Source: Oikopleura dioica
Lineage: Eukaryota; Animalia; Chordata
Direction of reading: 5' to 3'
NCBI GenBank assembly: GCA_907165135.1
Contig: OU015570.1
Location: 1,628,489 to 1,692,488, forward strand
DNA length: 64,000 nucleotides
Shown here: in pieces, positions 60,789 to 64,000 of the stretch
Numbering within the stretch: the first letter of the stretch is position 1
Layout: each line of letters starts with the position of its first letter
Translations under genes and position numbers: made by a program
The notes under the pieces: model-generated
Databases searched by the model: none
What the model was told of the DNA's origin: nothing
What the model saw: only the letters and a program-made list of their open reading frames with translations

Positions 60789-61514
60789 TCTTTCTATAAT
60801 GTTTCAAACTATTTTTCATCAATAAATTTTTTCAATGAAGAAGAAAAAACATAAAAACAGGAAAACAACCATTTTTACAAAAATTTGAAACACTGGGCGT
60901 AATGAATATTTAAATTTGGTAAAAATATTTTTAGTTTGCGTCATTCTCGAATTATCTTTTGAACCCGATGCTGTATACTATACAGTGTATAGTCTATACA
61001 GTATAGTCTATACTGTATAGAGGATGCTCAGTGTAAAATTATTCGATAACTTTTCGCGTTTCTTTTTCTCCCCATTCATTTTTTCTATCACCACCATTTT
61101 GATCCCGATCAATCGTCGCATTAACTTCTTTTTCGGGAAACCCTTGGGTGCTTTATTTCTCGGATATTGCAAAATTATCAGATTTTTGATGAGCATTTGA
61201 TGAGTTCTTGTAAGCACTACGTCTAAACTCGCCAAGGATCAACCAAAGCTTTATATTATAAAATAGGTGGTGGTCTAAACTTTGAAGTTCATATGTGCGA
61301 TAACAACTTCGGGTGGCCTAAACTTTGATCGTTCTCATGTGTGATTCTTTGAGAAAGTGGCCTAAACTTTGAATTTCCCCGGAGGCGCTTCTGCCATCGG
61401 TGACTAGAGCACTGCCCTACGCTTTATGCAGACCAATTAGGATTACGCTGCATTCAAGGTGATGACACACATGGAACTAGTCAGAGTGCCTCAGGGGAAA
61501 TTCAAAGTGATTAA

Positions 61515-61666
61515 CCGTGATTATCATTTCTGAGTGACTATTCTTGTCCGCCTACGCTCGTCATTTTAACATTTTCGCATAGGAAAAATGTTATAACGAA
61601 AAATTGTCAATGTTAATTGACGGAGCGTAGGCGGACACAGTAGTCATCTAGAAATGATAATCGCGG
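61515..61666. mobile_element. 152-bp MITE
   Basis: ~45-bp imperfect TIRs CCG(T/C)GATTATCATTTCT..GTCCGCCTACGCTC. Confidence 0.7.
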
Positions 61667-62573
61667 TATATTTGTATTTATATTGTATTTGTATATATTT
61701 GAAGGCGAGCAATCATCTAGAAAATAAATTGGGACCGCCCGCTTTTAAAAACTACGTATCGCAAGCGTGCCGCAGCAGTAGACAGCATTACTACTTATGG
61801 GAAAAACAAAGAGCTCAATTAAATAATTAAATTGCAAAATTATCGAAACCCTGCCGAATAAAGCTCGTATTTAAAAATTCATTGGAGACAATTATCTTTA
61901 ATTCACGCTCGTTCAATTTAAGAAAAAATTCTAGAATGAACTAAGCCGAGCAAGCGCCGCCTGTTTTTATTTTTTCAACTTCTCAGAAATCGACGTTCGT
62001 TCATCATAAATTTCAAAAAAGGGCTAGATACAAAAGCTAATAGCTTTTCTCTTTCAATAACAATTATTTCATAAAAATAAATAATTTAAAAGAAAAAATA
62101 GGAATAAGGGTGAGGTAGGGTTCGCAATGAAAAAATTTTTGGTCCAAAAAATTGTTTAGATATTAATAGATCAAAATTAACAATTGTAATTTGACCTCAA
62201 TAAGTCCAGAAAGTAAAAAATCGGATTAATTATCCGATAAATGATTTTGTTAAAATTTTTCGGAAAAATGAGGTTTTCTCGCCATGAGGGGGCAGGGCAA
62301 CTTTGCGTCGCTGATATAATATAGTCTATATTATATAGATAAGGAATTCTCAAAACATATTTAAGTAAGTTTGTGTCATTAGAAAGAAACGCGTGGGCGC
62401 ATTTCACATTTAAAGTTTATATTAACCAAAATTTTAAGATGACCTTATAAAATGCTGACTAATAATCAAATAAACCTTATTAGTTTATTTTTGTACATTT
62501 AAAGAAAGCGATTGAAATTAAAGAATGAAGAAAAAGAAGTGAATTATCGATTACTAAAATCTAATATCCCGCT

Positions 62574-63716
62574 ATGCCTATTTTTAAGATAAACTTATAT
62601 AAAAAAGAGATCTCATATATTATCAGTGATCCCATAATTATTCCTATTGTTGGATGGTTAATCGGTAAGCCCTGTTTCATCTGGGGAGACATAAAAAATC
62701 TGATTTCAGATTTGAAACCCCACCATTTTTCATTGCGAACCCTAGCTGAGCTTGAGAACAGATTCGGAAAGAAGCGAGTACATCATTAGAAAAGTGGATC
62801 AGTCCGGTAGAGCCATTGGAACCGTGAAAATCGAAAAAGATGCAAAGTTTTCGCCTTTTTCAAAAATGAAGAAGCAGCTGGAATTTGTAGAAGTTCGACA
62901 ATACATTCCCCAGTAAAGTCTCGCGACTCTCACAAACTCGCGGAAATTGTTGCCTTTTCGATCGAGCACAGGTTTTCTGAGCCATCAACGCAGAACGATC
63001 CTGTTTCCATAGGTGCACGTTGGCGAATGGAATGCTTGACACCTGGCAGTACTTCAAAATCACAGGTACATGAAAAAGCTTTTTGTGATATGATAAACGA
63101 AAGATAAGCCTTGTGATCAAGTTGTGAATCTTTGGCTGAAGAACAAGATAAAGACTGCTGTTGCTTTGTATGGAGCTCGACTTGGGCCTTTTCGAGGAGC
63201 GTGTCCGACTCGATCATGGGTTATCAAAAAGGTTTAAAAGATTTTACAGAACAATATTAAATTAAAATTAAGGCCTTCCAATTGATGCTTGAGATTCCGA
63301 AAGAAACGATCGACGCGTCTTGGAGAAAAGTGAATCTTGAGCATCCAATGATCCATGAAGACTTTATCTTTGAAGTCGATGATGAAGAAGAAGAAATCGA
63401 AGTTGGTGCTCAAAATGGACAAGTTGGGGATGGTGCTCAGATGGAGGAAGAAGCCGAAGTTGGTGCTCAAAATGGAGAAGTTGGGTATGGTGCTCAGATG
63501 GAGGAGGTAGCGGATGAAGGATATCAAAATGGACAAGGCGGAGAAGTTGGTCAGATGATAGACGAAATGGTAGCTGAGATTGATTGGGAAATGGTTGGAG
63601 CAGAGAATGAAGCTTACGGTGGTGCTCAAATTGAAGAAATCGATGATGAAATGGAAGAAAATGGAGGAGAAATGGATATTGGTAGGGTAAACGCACAAAA
63701 ATCAGCTTTTTTCTAG
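62574..63716 (+). pseudogene. Possible intron-containing Tc1/pogo-like transposase remnant ending in an acidic repeat tail
   Basis: Fragments LFDRAQ, KPCDQVVNLWLK and IPKETIDASWRKVNL, then a Glu/Gly-rich repeat. A TAGGGTTCGCA TIR-like motif at 62116 has no partner in the window. Confidence 0.3.
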
Positions 63717-64000
63717 GGGTCGTAGAAACTTTATTTTTGGTGACGTGATTGCCCAACATGAAAAACTAAAATTTCCGAAAAAATTTTTAAAAACCACCTG
63801 ACATCATTCTAGCGCCCTCTAAAGGGCTCCAAAAATCTATTTTTCGAGTGGATTGAGTTACAAAGCCGTGGAAGGTCTCATTCGACGCGCCTTGAGATTC
63901 TGATCATTTTGAGACAAAAAAATTTAGTGACAATACTTCTGATCGATCAGGAACCGGCTTACGGTTCACTACTCACGACGATGTTTTTGGTACCTTTTTT

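Noticed and set aside
61268-61375. Three GTGG(C/T)CTAAACTTTGA repeats at ~45-bp spacing resembling a CRISPR array
   Set aside because: Eukaryotic context, no cas genes, spacers resemble each other, and the motif matches pogo-type subterminal repeats (GTGGCCTAAAGTTG at ~32998).

Overview
Eukaryotic, AT-rich window made almost entirely of nested transposable elements. No prokaryotic genes, rRNA, tRNA or CRISPR were found. The ~40-nt GT-AG introns and env-bearing Ty3/gypsy elements suggest an appendicularian (Oikopleura-like) tunicate; this is inference, not proven. Main contents: (A) a 17.3-kb TSD-bounded LTR element (14042-31299, +) with gag, pol, env and an unexpected intact fourth ORF containing a J-domain-like HPD motif; (B) a younger env-less LTR element (14152-19564, -) inserted into A's 5' LTR, with a CCCH-finger Gag and a G_GUU_UUU + hairpin -1 frameshift signal; (C) a decayed env-bearing LTR element (~33500-49340, -) broken up by a hAT transposon, MITEs and a tandem duplication; (D) a truncated LTR element (~55880-58354, +) with a CCCH Gag and a UGA-CUA gag-pol junction. 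Also present: two related intron-containing hAT transposons with TAGGGTT termini plus a Ds-like deletion derivative, a DIRS1-like RNase H/methyltransferase fragment, a CARD-like ORF, and many MITEs (pogo-, piggyBac-, Kolobok- and hAT-like). All domain calls are by-eye motif recognition; no database searches were run.
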